Assembly: GCA_011109175.1 (NCBI GenBank) | Contig: RDEW01000008.1 | Location: forward strand, 264,588-328,587 | Source: Dicyema japonicum | Taxonomy: Eukaryota > Animalia > Dicyemida | DNA length: 64,000 nt | Direction: 5' to 3' | Shown: piece by piece, positions 41,038 to 53,716 of the stretch | How positions within the stretch are numbered: the stretch's first letter is position 1 | Layout of the letters: every line of letters begins with the position of its first letter | The notes under the pieces: generated by a model | Seen by the model: the letters and a program-made list of their open reading frames with translations, nothing else | The model's database searches: none | Told to the model about the DNA's origin: nothing | Made by a program: the position numbers and the translations under genes

Positions 41038-41289
41038 CTAATTTTGAATACTTTCTTCTGAAAGTTACACAGATTTTGATACTTTCTTGTGAATAATATG
41101 CTTACGCGTCAGTTTTTTAATTTTATTTGCAAAAAGAATAATACGCCAACAAAAATTATTGTATTTCTTTAAATAAAAATCTTTTTCAAGTAAAACTTTA
41201 TAAAATTAAAAAAAAAATCTAAAATAAATTTTTGAAGCCGGATTGCGTAGCAACCATCCCATAGAGCCGAGGGAGGTGTCTATCTTGGT

Positions 41290-41571
41290 ATTGAAAGTGC
41301 ATGTAAACTTTCTCTAATGGGTTCCGTAGCGAGCACTGCTGAATATCTGAAAAGTAGAAAATGCTACAGCTTCATAGACCGGTTTGTTTTCTCGTCGATC
41401 TCCGTTGAGACGTCTGGCGTCATTGCGCCGAACACGTCAGATTTTATCAAGTTAATCGGACGACTTTCGTGGAAGTGGAATGATGTACCTAGAATGATGG
41501 TTTTTCCAAAACATTGGACTCGCGATTATGAAGGTAACTCCCATTGCGTGTTCAATGCCTGTAGACCATAA
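41290..41571 (+). mobile_element. CRE-like endonuclease 3' fragment
   Basis: STAEYLKSRKC...FVFSSISVETSGVI...FIKLIGR...GN. Confidence 0.65.
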
Positions 41572-42109
41572 TGGAGACGTGTCATGACAACCTTATCGTA
41601 TGTTAATGAATGTTGCTTTTGGAGAAAAATTATTTGTAAAAATTAATACAACGGCTATATTACGCTAACACTACTCCCTATACAACGATTGTAATCAAAT
41701 ATTTTCTCAAAGTTATCAAATCATTTTCACGCTTCGTTTGAATGCAGTTGCTGCCAAGCTGATGGATAGAGACGTCCGGGTACCAGTTAAGACATTGTTT
41801 TCAACCGAGACCGTCCTCTCAGTCACCCCTCAAGTTATTTCTACTTTGGACATTCTCCCTCTCCATTGGATCTGAAAGAATTTTCAATCCCACATGACTG
41901 CCCCCTCCTCGTTTGGATGGTTTAAGTCCTGGACATATCACCATGCAGCAGTGGGGGTTTGGATGGTTTACGTCCTGGACATATTTCGTTTTTTTAACTT
42001 TTGAGGCGGGAACTCCTTGTATCATCGTTAACCAAACTCGTGTTTGCATCCGGGAATATCCCTTCCATCGCTCGTGAACTCTTTTTTCTGCCTTATTGTT
42101 TTTCTTCTC

Positions 42110-42330
42110 GAAGACTAGTCAGGCCTATTGGTGTTGGGAGCCTATTCCGAAGACTTGCTTCAAAACTTTCGTGCTGACATATCATCGATGATATTTCTTC
42201 CGAACTGAAACCTGTACAACTTGGAGTGGGCGTTGGCGGCGGGTGTGAATCGACGATTCATGCCGCTCATTCCTTTGTGAACTATTGTAAAGAGGATAAA
42301 CCTAAGGCGATGTTGGGATGTGTTTGCAGA
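42110..42330 (+). mobile_element. CRE-like RT fragment with in-frame stop
   Basis: VRPIGVGSLFRRLASKLSC*..LKPVQLGVGVGGGCESTIHA. Confidence 0.75.
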
Positions 42331-43983
42331 ATTGGGCTTTATATGGGTTCGGATCATTGAGAACATTTATAACATAAAAAGCAGACAAAATATCCTTCCC
42401 ACAGCTGTCAGGTAGTTGAGACCGTAGTTAACGGCCTTTTTGTGTCTCACAGTCATCAACAGATGCAAGTCGATCTTATCCTCATACCAGGTTAGATAAC
42501 AGAAAAATGACAAAGTGGACACTCTCAGAGATTAGCTGAAGAATCTTGTGTGGTGAAGAATTTAAAGAATTTCCAGGGGAAATGAAGAGGCGATCGCATG
42601 CAGCCTAGAAGGTATTTGGGTCACCTGCTCTCAAAGTAAACTGACAACAATTGTAACCAGCATGTCCTCTCTCCTTTACAAACAACTCCCAAATAGTTGT
42701 TTGGTGGTGGACAGTTGATGACAACCAAGAACATTAATATTATTTTTACATACAAAATAATAATAATCATAAATTAGTGATTGTAAGAGCATATGTTATT
42801 ATTATAGCCAATTGACGCCATTTAGTCAGTTAATTCCAGTTGTAGTAAATGAGATTACTGATGCTTATATTACTTGGTAGACATATTGTTACAGACAAGG
42901 CTATTCGTGAAGAAAAGAGATATGGGTCTTTCGCAAGGTTCTTCAGAAGAATGCAACCATATTTTGTGAAAATGATCTGTTTTCAAATGTGGGGAAGGAA
43001 TTGGTTGTCGGTACAGCAGTTGGAGAACTAGAATCAGCCACGGATTCTAACGACGATAACAACTCTACCAGATGATTTTAAACTCCATTGTCTTTATTAA
43101 AAACACATCCATTACCATTTCAGTAGACTGTGTTTGAAATAGAAATTTAAGATATTTTCTGATTTTATGCAGATCAATGTCAGTTTATAGAGGACATTAC
43201 AGCTACTTAGTTTTTCTAGGCAAATAACACGTTTGAAATATAAACTTTTGATTCTTCGTGAGGTATTCTTAACCAAATCTCCTCACCAACAGCTCATCAA
43301 GATATTTTTTATTTGTTATACGTTTTCAGCAATTGAATAATAAAAGATTATTAAACTTCACAACTTCTAACCTTATGACTTATCGAGGTTCTGAGGGTCT
43401 TATGAGACGGGCGGATCACATCTCGTTTAGATTTGATGAAGGTACAGAGAATCCTACACTGTGAATGTAATTGTGTCGGAATCAAACTCACAGCGACTTG
43501 CACTTTGATACCTAATCATGCTGTAGTACCTCAGTTAATATTATTTAACCAAACAAGTAATAAAGAGCATTTATTAATTATATATAGAATCCCCCAAACA
43601 TGATTGAATGCCACCAATCATGATAGTGAGGTAGATCAACTGGAAAAGTCAATGAGTTTCATGTACCTTATGGTCTCTAAATGTAGCAAGACGTCTCTCG
43701 CAAAAATACAGTGACTTACTGTTTATGCCTCCACACGTCCCGACTACAATAGTGTGGAAGGTAAATCGATTCAGGAGCACTTCATAGTTCTTCTCTTACG
43801 CTGTTTTTCTGTTTACCAATTCCTCGATAATAATTCCAGTTGAGATGGCGTTAATAACGACTTCAAATATAATCCACTTTTACGATTTGTATGGGAATGC
43901 ACTAAATCAGCCATCTTCCTTTTTTCTATCAAAGATCATAGTATTTCATGCATAATATATATTAACCCATGCATACAACCTTT

Positions 43984-44292
43984 GGTAATCCCAGCACAAA
44001 CAGTCACAACTAATTATTCCAAGGAAGGAACCCAATGGAGAACGTCTGCTTGTGTCGACCAAATCCATCCTCCAATTGTCCATTACAGACTTCCGATAAG
44101 TGGAGAAGTAGGTTCTGCCTCTTCCATTTTCATCACACGTCATACCGTAGTAGACATCAATTCATTCTTCGGCAAATCCATCCTCCAATTGTCCATTACA
44201 GACTTCCGATAAGTGGAGAAGTAGGTTCTGCCTCTTCCATTTTCATCACACGTCATACCGTAGTAGACATCAATTCATTCTTCGGCGGAAGA
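43984..44292 (-). repeat. Inverted copy of the 40843-41037 repeat with an internal 113-bp tandem duplication
   Basis: Reverse-complement near-identity to 40843-41037. Confidence 0.8.
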
Positions 44293-45019
44293 GTTTTGTA
44301 ATCTTCAGACCCACCTTGTCAAAACACAGATCGATGTTTGAATTACTGAACTGATTGAGGAAAAGAAGATAATATAAGTGAACTGAAGAATGACTGCTAT
44401 ATAGAGCCACATGTCAATGATAATTTAAATATAATTGAATTTCTTTTTTTAAAATAATTTAAAAGCCGTTTGATGCGACGATGTCTAAATTTTTATTCCA
44501 GAAAATTGAAGCAGTCTCCCAGGTTGGTTTTACATTGGAACTACATATTTCAACACCAGAAATATCAAACCAAGAGATCTGTAGCTGAACTACATGTTTC
44601 TATATCGACTGTTTGTATAATCTAGTCACAAAGTGTGTAAACGATGAAATTGCTGATTATCCTGACACGTGAAATTGACATCTGAATGCCAACTTGACAC
44701 TAAGAGACAGGTAGGAAAGAGCAATCCCTCGTCATTGGTTAAATGAACAATTTACTTGGTTGACGCGAAAAAGGCGTGTGACTGAGTCAATTATGAATTT
44801 TTTGCTTAATAATTCTATCAAGTGGACGAATTTGTCGGAAAAATGTGAGGATGCTGACAAATCACACTTGGAAATAATCACACTAAGTACCTCCAAAATT
44901 GAGTCTGAGTAAAATCCAACTCAATATTAACAGGTGAAAGGAAAGGTATTGATCTCAAGAAGAAATACTTCAAGAAACAACCCTCTCACTATCCTATACA
45001 TCTTTTTCCGGGTTATAAC

Positions 45020-46520
45020 ATAATTCAGGGACACTGCCCGTCTGATCATGGTGGTGGAATCTAATCAGGAAGGAAATAATCTACTCAAATTCAAAATATG
45101 ATTACCTTCTTCCTCCCATGGAATACGTTAGCATCTCAGTTTTATAAACATCGGTAGCATCTCCTATAAAGACTAACCCTCTCCTAATTTCTCTCCCAAG
45201 ATTACAGGTTCTCATTGGTAGCTGTTCATAATTCCAATAATTTATTATCATGTGGAGACCGGAACTCAAAGAATCCTATGTGGCTCGGGAATCATTTGGA
45301 AGATACCAGGGAAAACCAAGTACGAGAAGGCATGAGGATATAAAAAACCCAATCGTATCACTAAGAAACCTGCAGAGACCATTGTTCCCTCAGTAGAGGA
45401 TTGGGAAAAACAATTTAAGAACAAAAATCAACTTATTCCAATGGACCGGATAAGATCACAATCAAAGTACTCAAAACATATTGTTTCCCTAATCCAAATT
45501 TACAACTTTTTAATCAACATAAGCACAATCCTGTCCACGTGGAAACTTCCTAAAATACGGCCAAATGACTCATAGACCTCGTTTCTCTCCTGTACTTCTG
45601 CAAAAATCNACCGGATGGGATCCCAATCAAGTAAAACTAAAAACATATTGTTTCCCTAATCCAAATTTACAACTTTTTAATCAACATGAACACAATCCTG
45701 TCCACGTGGAAACTTCCGAAAATACGGCCAAATGACTCATAGACCTCGTTTCTCTCCTGTACCTCTGCAAAAATTCCAGAAAAGCTAATTCTTGAGCAGA
45801 TTAACCGTTGTATCCCTGCAATATGTGTTTAAGAAAGTCCTCTCCGCAACAACTCACCATAAATTGAAATTTGGATTTCAAACTTCCTTAACAGACGGGA
45901 GGGTAGTTGAACGTTCTATAGAATTTGCCACTTATCTTGTTCAACCTCTTCCTGAACGATATACTCACCCATACCAGCGATAATACACTGGTTCTCGCAT
46001 ATGCTGACGATTTAATCATCGTATCAAGTGACCAGTATGTTCACACAATGGCTCCATTCTTACAATATTTATTAGACCACCTGAACTGTTAGCTTATGAT
46101 TTTAATTCAAATAGAAGACTATTTAACTCTGCATCACCCTTAATTTTTAATGGAGAATTAATCCCCTCCCAAACTCCGTCAAGGAATTNCAATACACTGG
46201 TTCTCGCATATGATGACGATTTAATCATCGTATCAAGTGACCAGTATGTTCACACAATGGCTCCATTCTTACAATATTTATTAGACCACCTGAACGGTTA
46301 GCTTATGACATTAACTCAAATAGAAAACTATTTAACTCTGCATCACCCTTAATTTTTAATGGAGAATTAATCCCCTCCCAAACTCCGTCAAGGAATTCGG
46401 TGCCGTATGACCGCCTCATGACAGTCACTAAACACGTTAACAACGACATCTAAACTTTTTAAAAGCTCTGTGATGACTAGTCACTAGGAAACATTCTTTA
46501 GTTTCTCTGCAAATTCTTTC
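45020..46520 (+). mobile_element. Degenerate jockey/I-group LINE (APE plus RT)
   Basis: HGGG, LSCGDRNSK, VLAYADDLIIVS. Two N-flanked duplications. Confidence 0.65.
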
Positions 46521-46589
46521 GAATAACTAAGCTGGTTGGTTATACGTTTTTGTTTTTAGGGAATTTATTTTGTATAAGTATGAAATTGA

Positions 46590-46980
46590 AATTCCCTAAG
46601 TCCAAGAGGCTCCTCCGTCAGCTTCAAAACTGGTAGTATAAGACTGCAGCAAATTCCTGTGACGGTTGGACTCGAATCTCCATCCAACAGAGGCATATTC
46701 CATAGCCGGTGTGATCGTTTGCTGGAAGAGTCCAAATTCAAAGTAGTTCTCCGGAATGCACACATACAACGATCAGCCAGTTGCACAGTGGCTTAGGTGT
46801 TTTAGATGAATCTAAAATATTTTGTCAGGGGCCATGCATATTCCATAGCCGGTGTGATCGTTTGCTGGAAGAGTCCAAATTCAAAGTAGTTCTCCGGAAT
46901 GCACACATACAACGATCAGCCAGTTGCACAGTGGCTTAGGTGTTTTAGATGAATCTAAAATATTTTGTCAGGGGCCATGA
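46590..46980 (-). mobile_element. LINE C-terminal fragment
   Basis: FQQTITPAMEYASVGW parallels the LKPTIEYACASW motif of the 13340 copy. Confidence 0.5.
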
Positions 46981-47519
46981 GTTCTTTAATCTGCTTATTC
47001 AGTTTATGGGCACGTACTTTGATATATAGGTGTTTCGAGATTGTTTTGCAATGTTTAATAAATAAGTTTGGGTGTATATGACAAAAGTGTTAAAGGATTA
47101 TCGGTTCCATTTATGTTTGAAATATCATTTTTAGAAGCCTTTTATTTACGTGTTCTTTAATAAATTTGTTGTCATTTCCAAATTCCAACGATTCTAAACT
47201 ACATATGCTTGTTCAATTGTGAAGCGTGTACTTTCAAATTTCATAATAATATCTGCAATAGCGACATTATTCGGAAACCTGGAATGTTCGAATAGCTAAG
47301 GTCACATAGACTGCTAACTAACATGTGGTTTCTGAGACTTTCTTTAGCTGTTCGAACTAGATATCAATCATCCGCGAATGATTCGAAATTCCGGAATGGT
47401 GACGCCTTTTTAGGTGAGCCACAAGACACAACGTAAAGCACATGTTCAGAAAATCAAAGTTGAGAATTTACATAGTGAATTGCTATAATTTATTCAAAAA
47501 CAAAAAATTAATTTATATT

Positions 47520-48110
47520 AGTGCAGTCCAAGGTAGGAGTTGATCCTGCAGGAAATCTTTGAAAATCTCATCCTTTTTGGACTGAACTGTAAATTATTGA
47601 ATATATTACGGGTGGAAATCAGTTATTCCGGAATTGAGGATATTGTTTATTTCTTTTTTAGTCTAAATAGAGAATGTGCTTTACAGGTTTTTGTATTTGT
47701 GGTGATTTCAAAACCTTTGCGAAACATGTTAAATGTAACTATAGCAGCTGTCTAGTAGCCAGAGAAGCTGTGGCCTCTATGAGAAGATTAGATAATTATG
47801 AGAAGCAAGTGACAGAGGTGCGAGAATCCTTCTTTCTCATACAACCCAGGTGAGAAACCTAATGAAAATAAGCATTTAAAGTCAACCAAATAATCACAAC
47901 TATATAGTGAATATCTTGGGGAAAATCTAAGATGCACTTTCTGTGAGCGTATCCCGAGAACCACTGAAAAACATCAAGAGAATTAACACATGCGATTAAC
48001 CGTCTGAATGAAAATGGGGTAAATTTGGACTTTGTGGTGTTGGCCATGAAGAGATAAGGGCACCAAACCTTGTAATCAGAATCATGAATAGGTATCACAA
48101 GTAGTCTTCT
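47520..48110 (-). mobile_element. Decayed Gypsy LTR RT-RNase H remnant
   Basis: FTPFSF...NSLDVFQ (MPFG.N...FQ-like); RKGFEITT (G..F...TDH-like). Many stops. Confidence 0.4.
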
Positions 48111-48314
48111 TGGTGGTTACAAAGATGCTGGTTTATTAATTATCAACAAAACGACGATTTGGTAAGGGTTTAGAATCTCTGAAAATACTCTTTACATTCA
48201 TTTTTGATACAAAATTTGTTACGGATTAATTTAATAATATTTATTATGATATTAAATATGGAAAATGACTGATTATAAAATGTAATAAATTTGGTTTGAA
48301 TTTCCTTGTTGATA

Positions 48315-50146
48315 ATGTTTAGTATTCTGGACATAATAATATTTGTTTCAATGCCAATTATTTCAATTATATTGACAATATTGGTATCGTGGAAGCACAA
48401 AAATATGACACAAGTACTTGACCTCATTAAAATAAATTTAGAACAAAGTTTCGACTTATTTTTCGAGCAGACATAACTGTGGGGTATTTTCAGTCACGTT
48501 GTCTCTCATTGCCAATTTTCAATCAGCCATATTTATTGTGGGGGTTCCTGCTGAAATTTACACAGGAGGAATTACTTATGTTTTGATTGGACTGGGGTAT
48601 CTTCCTTCAGTTGTTTTCACAGCCCACGTGATTATCCCTAAATTATATGGGAGTAATTATATAAACGCATATGAGGTTGTGGTCATAATGAGTTTGTAGT
48701 ACTTTTATGAGGTTTATGATTCACGACTAGTGGAATTAGTATGCTCAGCATTTTATATATTTTTAATGGTTTTATTTTATAATATTCAGCTAAGTTACCT
48801 GACGGTGGTCATGTACACACCTTCTGTAGTTCTTCAACAAGGTATATACAAAATATATATTAGCCGCCAATCTTCCATATTGGGTTTCTATTCTGATTGT
48901 GACTACAATATGCAATATTTATACTGCAATTGTTATTCTATGGGTTATTTATAGGGTGGAATAAAAGGAGTTATTTGGACTGATGCTCTACAAATCATAT
49001 TCTCTACCGCTGGATTTGTTTTTATAATCACCGTTGGAGTTATCAAAGCTGGTGGTTTTGGAAATATCATAGAAATGTCTAAAAACGAATCTAAATTTAA
49101 CATTAAGTAATTTTAGTGTGATTCTCCAGTACAGACCCTTCTCTTTTCGCTGGAAATACAGCTTACACTCTCATTATTGGGGGAGCATTTACTACAGTCA
49201 CAATATATGCTGCTAATCAAGAAATGATTCAACGATACTTATGTCTCCGTTCAGAAAATAAAGCCAAATTGTAGTAAATTATAATTATATAGAGCTTTAT
49301 ATCTTCACATGATAGGCAATTGGATTTTCCTATGTATGGCTGCCTTTACTGGATTGATTGCTTTGGCTATATTCAACGGAACAGATCTGGTTGCACAAAA
49401 TAAAATTTCCAATAAAAATCAGGTTAAGTATTAGAAAATAATTTTAGATTCTTCCATACATGATTGAAAATATTTTTAGTGACTATAATGGAGCCAATGG
49501 ACTGTTAACGGCAGCAATATTTAGTGCAGCGTTGAGGTTTTCATATTGTTGAGTGTAGTTCTCTTTCGTCAGGAATAAATGCTCTGAGTGCTGTGTCTTA
49601 CAGACTTTTTATTAAGTTTTTGAGTAAAATGTCAAAGAAATCCACTGAACATTTGAATAATAATCTTATTTATCCAAGGATTTTAAGTTTTGCGATCTTT
49701 TAGGTTTTAGGCCTCGGATATGGAATTCTCATCACTGGATTATCATTTCTCCCAAATTTGGTGGAAAACACTGCAATCCATGTAAATTTAAATTACATCT
49801 CAGTTAGCCTTTATCATATTTGGTGCTGCTGGAGGGCCAGTACTAGGTTTATTCATATGTGCTTTATTTTTTAAATTTGTGAAGAAAAAGGTAATTATAG
49901 TGTTTAATTTAGGATGCTTTAATTGGTTTTGGAATGGGGATAGTAACCACATTATGGATTATTGGAGAATATTTACTAGTAAAGACAACCTATTCCTTAA
50001 ACAAGACAATTACATCACTTTCGTATTTATATTATGGAATAGTTACATTGGCTGTAACAGTCATTGTAAGTGTTCTTATGGCTGGGATTACTGGCATGTC
50101 TTTATGGAATGGAGATAGTCCAACCAAAGTTGAATATAGACTCTAA
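48315..50146 (+). CDS. SLC5: Sodium:solute symporter, SLC5A5/6/8/12 group (SMVT/SMCT-like), 517 aa, 13 exons
   Basis: Exons 48315-48413, 48442-48675, 48700-48768, 48790-48841, 48864-48931, 48955-49106, 49130-49270, 49293-49422, 49448-49536, 49559-49686, 49711-49781, 49804-49890, 49913-50146. Introns of 28, 24, 21, 22, 23, 23, 22, 25, 22, 24, 22 and 22 nt; 1554 nt open. Motifs SLIANFQSA..GVPAEIY, AYEY, GGIKGVIWTD..Q, NQEMIQRYL, SAALSSLSSGINA, GGPVLGLF. Confidence 0.93.
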
Positions 50147-50539
50147 TATGTCATTATTTAATAATAAATGGTTTTAATATTTTTTATCATCGATACTTTA
50201 CAAAATACACTAAACCCCTTTTAACTTCAATAATCAGAATTTTTAAATAGATTTTATACAGACTTCAATAAACCCAAACTTTATAATCCGAAAGACATTA
50301 AAAATTTATAATTAATTTATTTTTATTCTACATTTAATTGAATTTACATTAAACAGTGACAAAATTTCTATTATATCATTAACGTGCGGATTATCGGGAG
50401 AAACTCTGAAAAATTAAACCCCATTTGCCCGACTGTCACTTTCAACATGGTTTCAACTGTGAGCGTTCAACTACGACACATTTGACTTTACTGTCTCAAT
50501 TTATATCAGAATGATTCAATGAACCGAAACGTCATCTAC

Positions 50540-50740
50540 AGACAATATTGGTCTCCCTGGACATCCAGAGGGCGTTCGATTCTGTTCCGAGAACATTACT
50601 CACGAAAAAGATTTTTGACACCACCATTCAGCCGGCTTTGAAAAGATGGATAGCTAATTTTCTTTCCGTAAGAAGAGGACCCTGTCTCCGACGTTATTCA
50701 ATTTATTCCTAAACGATTTACCCTGCCTTGGAGGACCAGA
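50540..50740 (+). mobile_element. LINE RT fragment
   Basis: SLDIQRAFDSVP...LKRWIANFLS. Confidence 0.55.
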
Positions 50741-50744
50741 TTCA

Positions 50745-51350
50745 ATGCTTCTTACATATGCTTATCGCTACCAGGAACAAATACGTGGATATGGCAAAAT
50801 CAGAGTTTCAGTCACTGTTGACCACTTGGCAACAAGATGTGGCCGATTGCTGAATAGTGACTACCTTCGACGTCACAACGAAGTTGTCAGATGCTTACAT
50901 TTGCATCTATGCCGACAATACGGAATAAAAAAATCCAAGAAACTGAAACCACAATCTGTGCGATCAGTAGTTGTGAATGAATCAGTCGAGTGGATGTATA
51001 AATAAGCACAGAGACGAAAGTACAAAACAATAAACCAGATATCCTTGTGCTAGACAAAAGGAGGAATTTAATTACGCTTATCAAAGTGGGAATCACCTCT
51101 CAACAGGCGTTGAAACAAGTCGAGGTTTAAAAGCTACACAAATATTCAATGGGACTTTCCAGTGAATTAAAGTTAATATTGTACCCATCGTACTAACATG
51201 GGATGGTATTGTGAGCAAATTCTACAAACATCATCACAATTATCTGAAGGTTGAGGCACCAACTCGAGCATATATTTAATCAACAGTGATCAAGAAAACC
51301 TTGGAGATTATGAGCACAAATATGGAATGACTTCCTTGGACGATTCTTAG
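50745..51350 (+). mobile_element. R4/NeSL-like C-terminal fragment, frameshifted
   Basis: TVDHLATRCGRLLNSDYLRRHNEVVRC, NKPDILVLD, VPIVLTWDGIV. Confidence 0.85.
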
Positions 51351-52880
51351 AAAACTCACAGCCTAAGTGGAACGAATGAAACATTATCGTCGTGCCAAGA
51401 GGCAAAGAGGAGGAGATTAAGCTGAAAGGAATTGATCGTAATAATACAACGATTAATTAAAATTATCTATTTTATTCCCTTCACAATCCTAAAGGCACAC
51501 AAAATTTTTTTATTCGGATTACTTGGGGTTTACTGTATTATGTGGTCCACCACCAACGCATGGGCAACTGGTTACACTTTTGTGGTTTTCTATCCTTGAA
51601 CCTTCAATTTTAATTTATCAAGTTTAAAGAACTATTATTAAATTAACTATTTTTAAGTCTTAACAACCTCAAATTCAGTATTTCCCCCTTGGAATCTTTT
51701 ATCTACCAATTTCGAACAATTCTTTGAATCTTCCATTTGCTCTTGAGTCGAAAAATTCAAAAAAACAAAAATCTTAAGTTTCACAAACTTCATTTGCAGA
51801 CTTATAAAGTGGTCTGACAAATGCAAATCTAGTAAAATTATTTAAAGATGAGGTCGCTTTTGAAATGCATCGAAATCACGTGTTAATTAGTTTCGTTTTG
51901 CAGTGCTCTTGAGTTGTTAAATAGAACAAATAAAAAGCCATTTATGTCACTCGTCTATAAATAATACGTAATAGACATATTGGGTTTACGAGGAGTATGG
52001 GAGAAAAGAATGGGGCAAATTCCGGGATGTGCGGCAAAAATATTCTGAAAAACGCTGGAAATTTAAGGTTGCCACCATAAAAATCAAATTCTGATAATCA
52101 AAAATATTTGATTTGACCTTTTCGAGGTCAAAAAATGTAACGTCTGTCCATGCGTAACCACTCGGCAATGTGACATATAATTTTTCATCTAACAGCAATA
52201 TTTAGTCCCTCCAGGTAATCAGGATTATTCATTATTTTATTTAATCTGTTGAACTGCACCCTTCGACCAATTTACAACATTGTTTCTATCACATTTATTT
52301 TCAATTACGTCAATTGTTTTAGTTCGGATTCATTCTCTAAATAATTTCTGGAACTTTTTTATCCTTCTCTAACACTATACATGGCTCACAAATGGAATTA
52401 TTGCTAAACACTCTCGTCATGACAAATATGTACAACCCGAAAAATTCTCAGTGGCCATTTTAGGTAGGGCTCCGGGTCCATTCTCAGAACGAGTTTAAAA
52501 AGCCTTCACCTAGCTTCCATGATTTCAATCGAGATTGGCGAAAACCTGTCCTATCGTAAACAATTCTGCTTGATATTTTGGTTGCCTCAACTGTGGGCAG
52601 TGAAAAAGTCAATTTATAAGTCCACCTCTGAGCTGGCCGACGTGCTCGTGTTGTATAGTAATTTTAAATGAGTTTATGATTTTCATATTGCTTGGAAAAT
52701 GAAGTAATTTTTGTGGACGCTTTAAAAAATAGATTAGAATATTTGTTTGAAATTTTAAAATGTCATAAAAACAAAGCACTGGCCGTGGTTTATTGTAATA
52801 TATGACATATTTACATTTATAAACTGACTTTTTAGAGTGTTTAGAAAATAAAACTTTTTATTAAGAAAACGGGAGTAAAC

Positions 52881-52952
52881 GGTTATATAGAGGCTATTTT
52901 CTCTCAGGATGGCGAGGGAGATTCGCTCAAATAACCAGCAGCGCTCACGAGG
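52881..52952 (-). mobile_element. Short CRE-type 3'-end copy (inverted relative to 56050-56146)
   Basis: 35-nt identity cctcgtgagcgctgctggttatttgagcgaatctc with the 56062 copy. Confidence 0.7.
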
Positions 52953-53165
52953 TTTAGAAATGTAACAGATAATAAAAAACAGTATTTATAAAAAAGAAAA
53001 CATCTGGTTATAAACTCAATGATCAGATTAAAAACCATAGCCTATCCCATGTGACATTTTTGAACTCCAAAGATTACATTTTAGCTTAGTTTGAGTAAAT
53101 GTGAGCAAAGTCCGAGTACAAAATAAACAAATTAAAAACCCAAAATTAACTAAAATTAACTAAAT

Positions 53166-53529
53166 TCAGCACAGTTTGCATGTCTTCATGCATGTAACTT
53201 TTATGCTTTCATGTGTATTGCACAAGTTTTTAACACGTTGACAGTTTTTATACAAATCAATGCATACTGAAATATGATAAATTCTTACCATTGCAGCTTT
53301 GGCATGTCTTTTTGCAGAATAAGAATTTATATAATTTTTTGTGACATTTTCCGTATAGTTTTTCTCTCCTGCAACGTCTTTTGTTGAATTTATCGACACA
53401 TTCTAAATATTAAATTAAAGTACTCTTTTCTTTGGGGGATTCACGTTGACTGGTTAGATTTATCAATAAAATAATCTAAATGTTAATAATTGCATTAACT
53501 ACCACACTCATGACTATTAGAATTTTCAT
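53166..53529 (-). CDS. Secreted peptide with two tandem ShKT domains, 97 aa, 4 exons
   Basis: Exons 53529-53503, 53475-53424, 53402-53289, 53266-53166; introns of 27, 21 and 22 nt. Protein MKILIVMSVIILLINLTS-QRESPKEKK-CVDKFNKRRCRREKLYGKCHKKLYKFLFCKKTCQSC-NV-CIDLYKNCQRVKNLCNTHESIKVTCMKTCKLC*. Two C..C..C..CxxxCxxC ShKT signatures. Confidence 0.9.
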
Positions 53530-53540
53530 TTGACCAAATA

Positions 53541-53716
53541 ATTACAAAAAACCTATTTAAACACAATTTAATCGTAATATTAACACCTGCCAGGTGAATC
53601 GAGAAATGACGCATTATTTGGTTAAAAAATTACAAAAAACCTATTTAAACACAATTTAATCGTAATATTAACACCTGCCAGGTGAATCGAGAAATGACGC
53701 ATTATTTGGTTAAAAA
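53541..53716. repeat. Two 88-bp tandem copies immediately upstream of the ShKT gene
   Basis: attacaaaaaacctattt...cacctgccaggtg...ggttaaaaa repeated at 53541 and 53629. Confidence 0.85.

Noticed and set aside
42850-43950. Cadherin-like peptide fragments (VGKELVVGTAVGELESATDSND; YTVNVIVS)
   Set aside because: Fragments lie in different frames with stops and could not be joined by plausible micro-introns; at best a decayed pseudogene.
44520-44900. Tc1/mariner-like HTH (RSVAELHVSISTV)
   Set aside because: Single short motif with no DDE/D triad or TIRs recognised.
51650-52640. Possible intron-rich gene on either strand (22-24 nt GT-AG candidates)
   Set aside because: Every model I tried hit stops or gave no recognisable protein. 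The near-palindromic gtctat...atagac gives chance GT-AG pairs on both strands.
53166-53399. ORF-track 77-aa product MSINSTKD...
   Set aside because: Its N-terminal part is the wrong frame read through an intron; the spliced model gives a signal peptide and a second ShKT domain.
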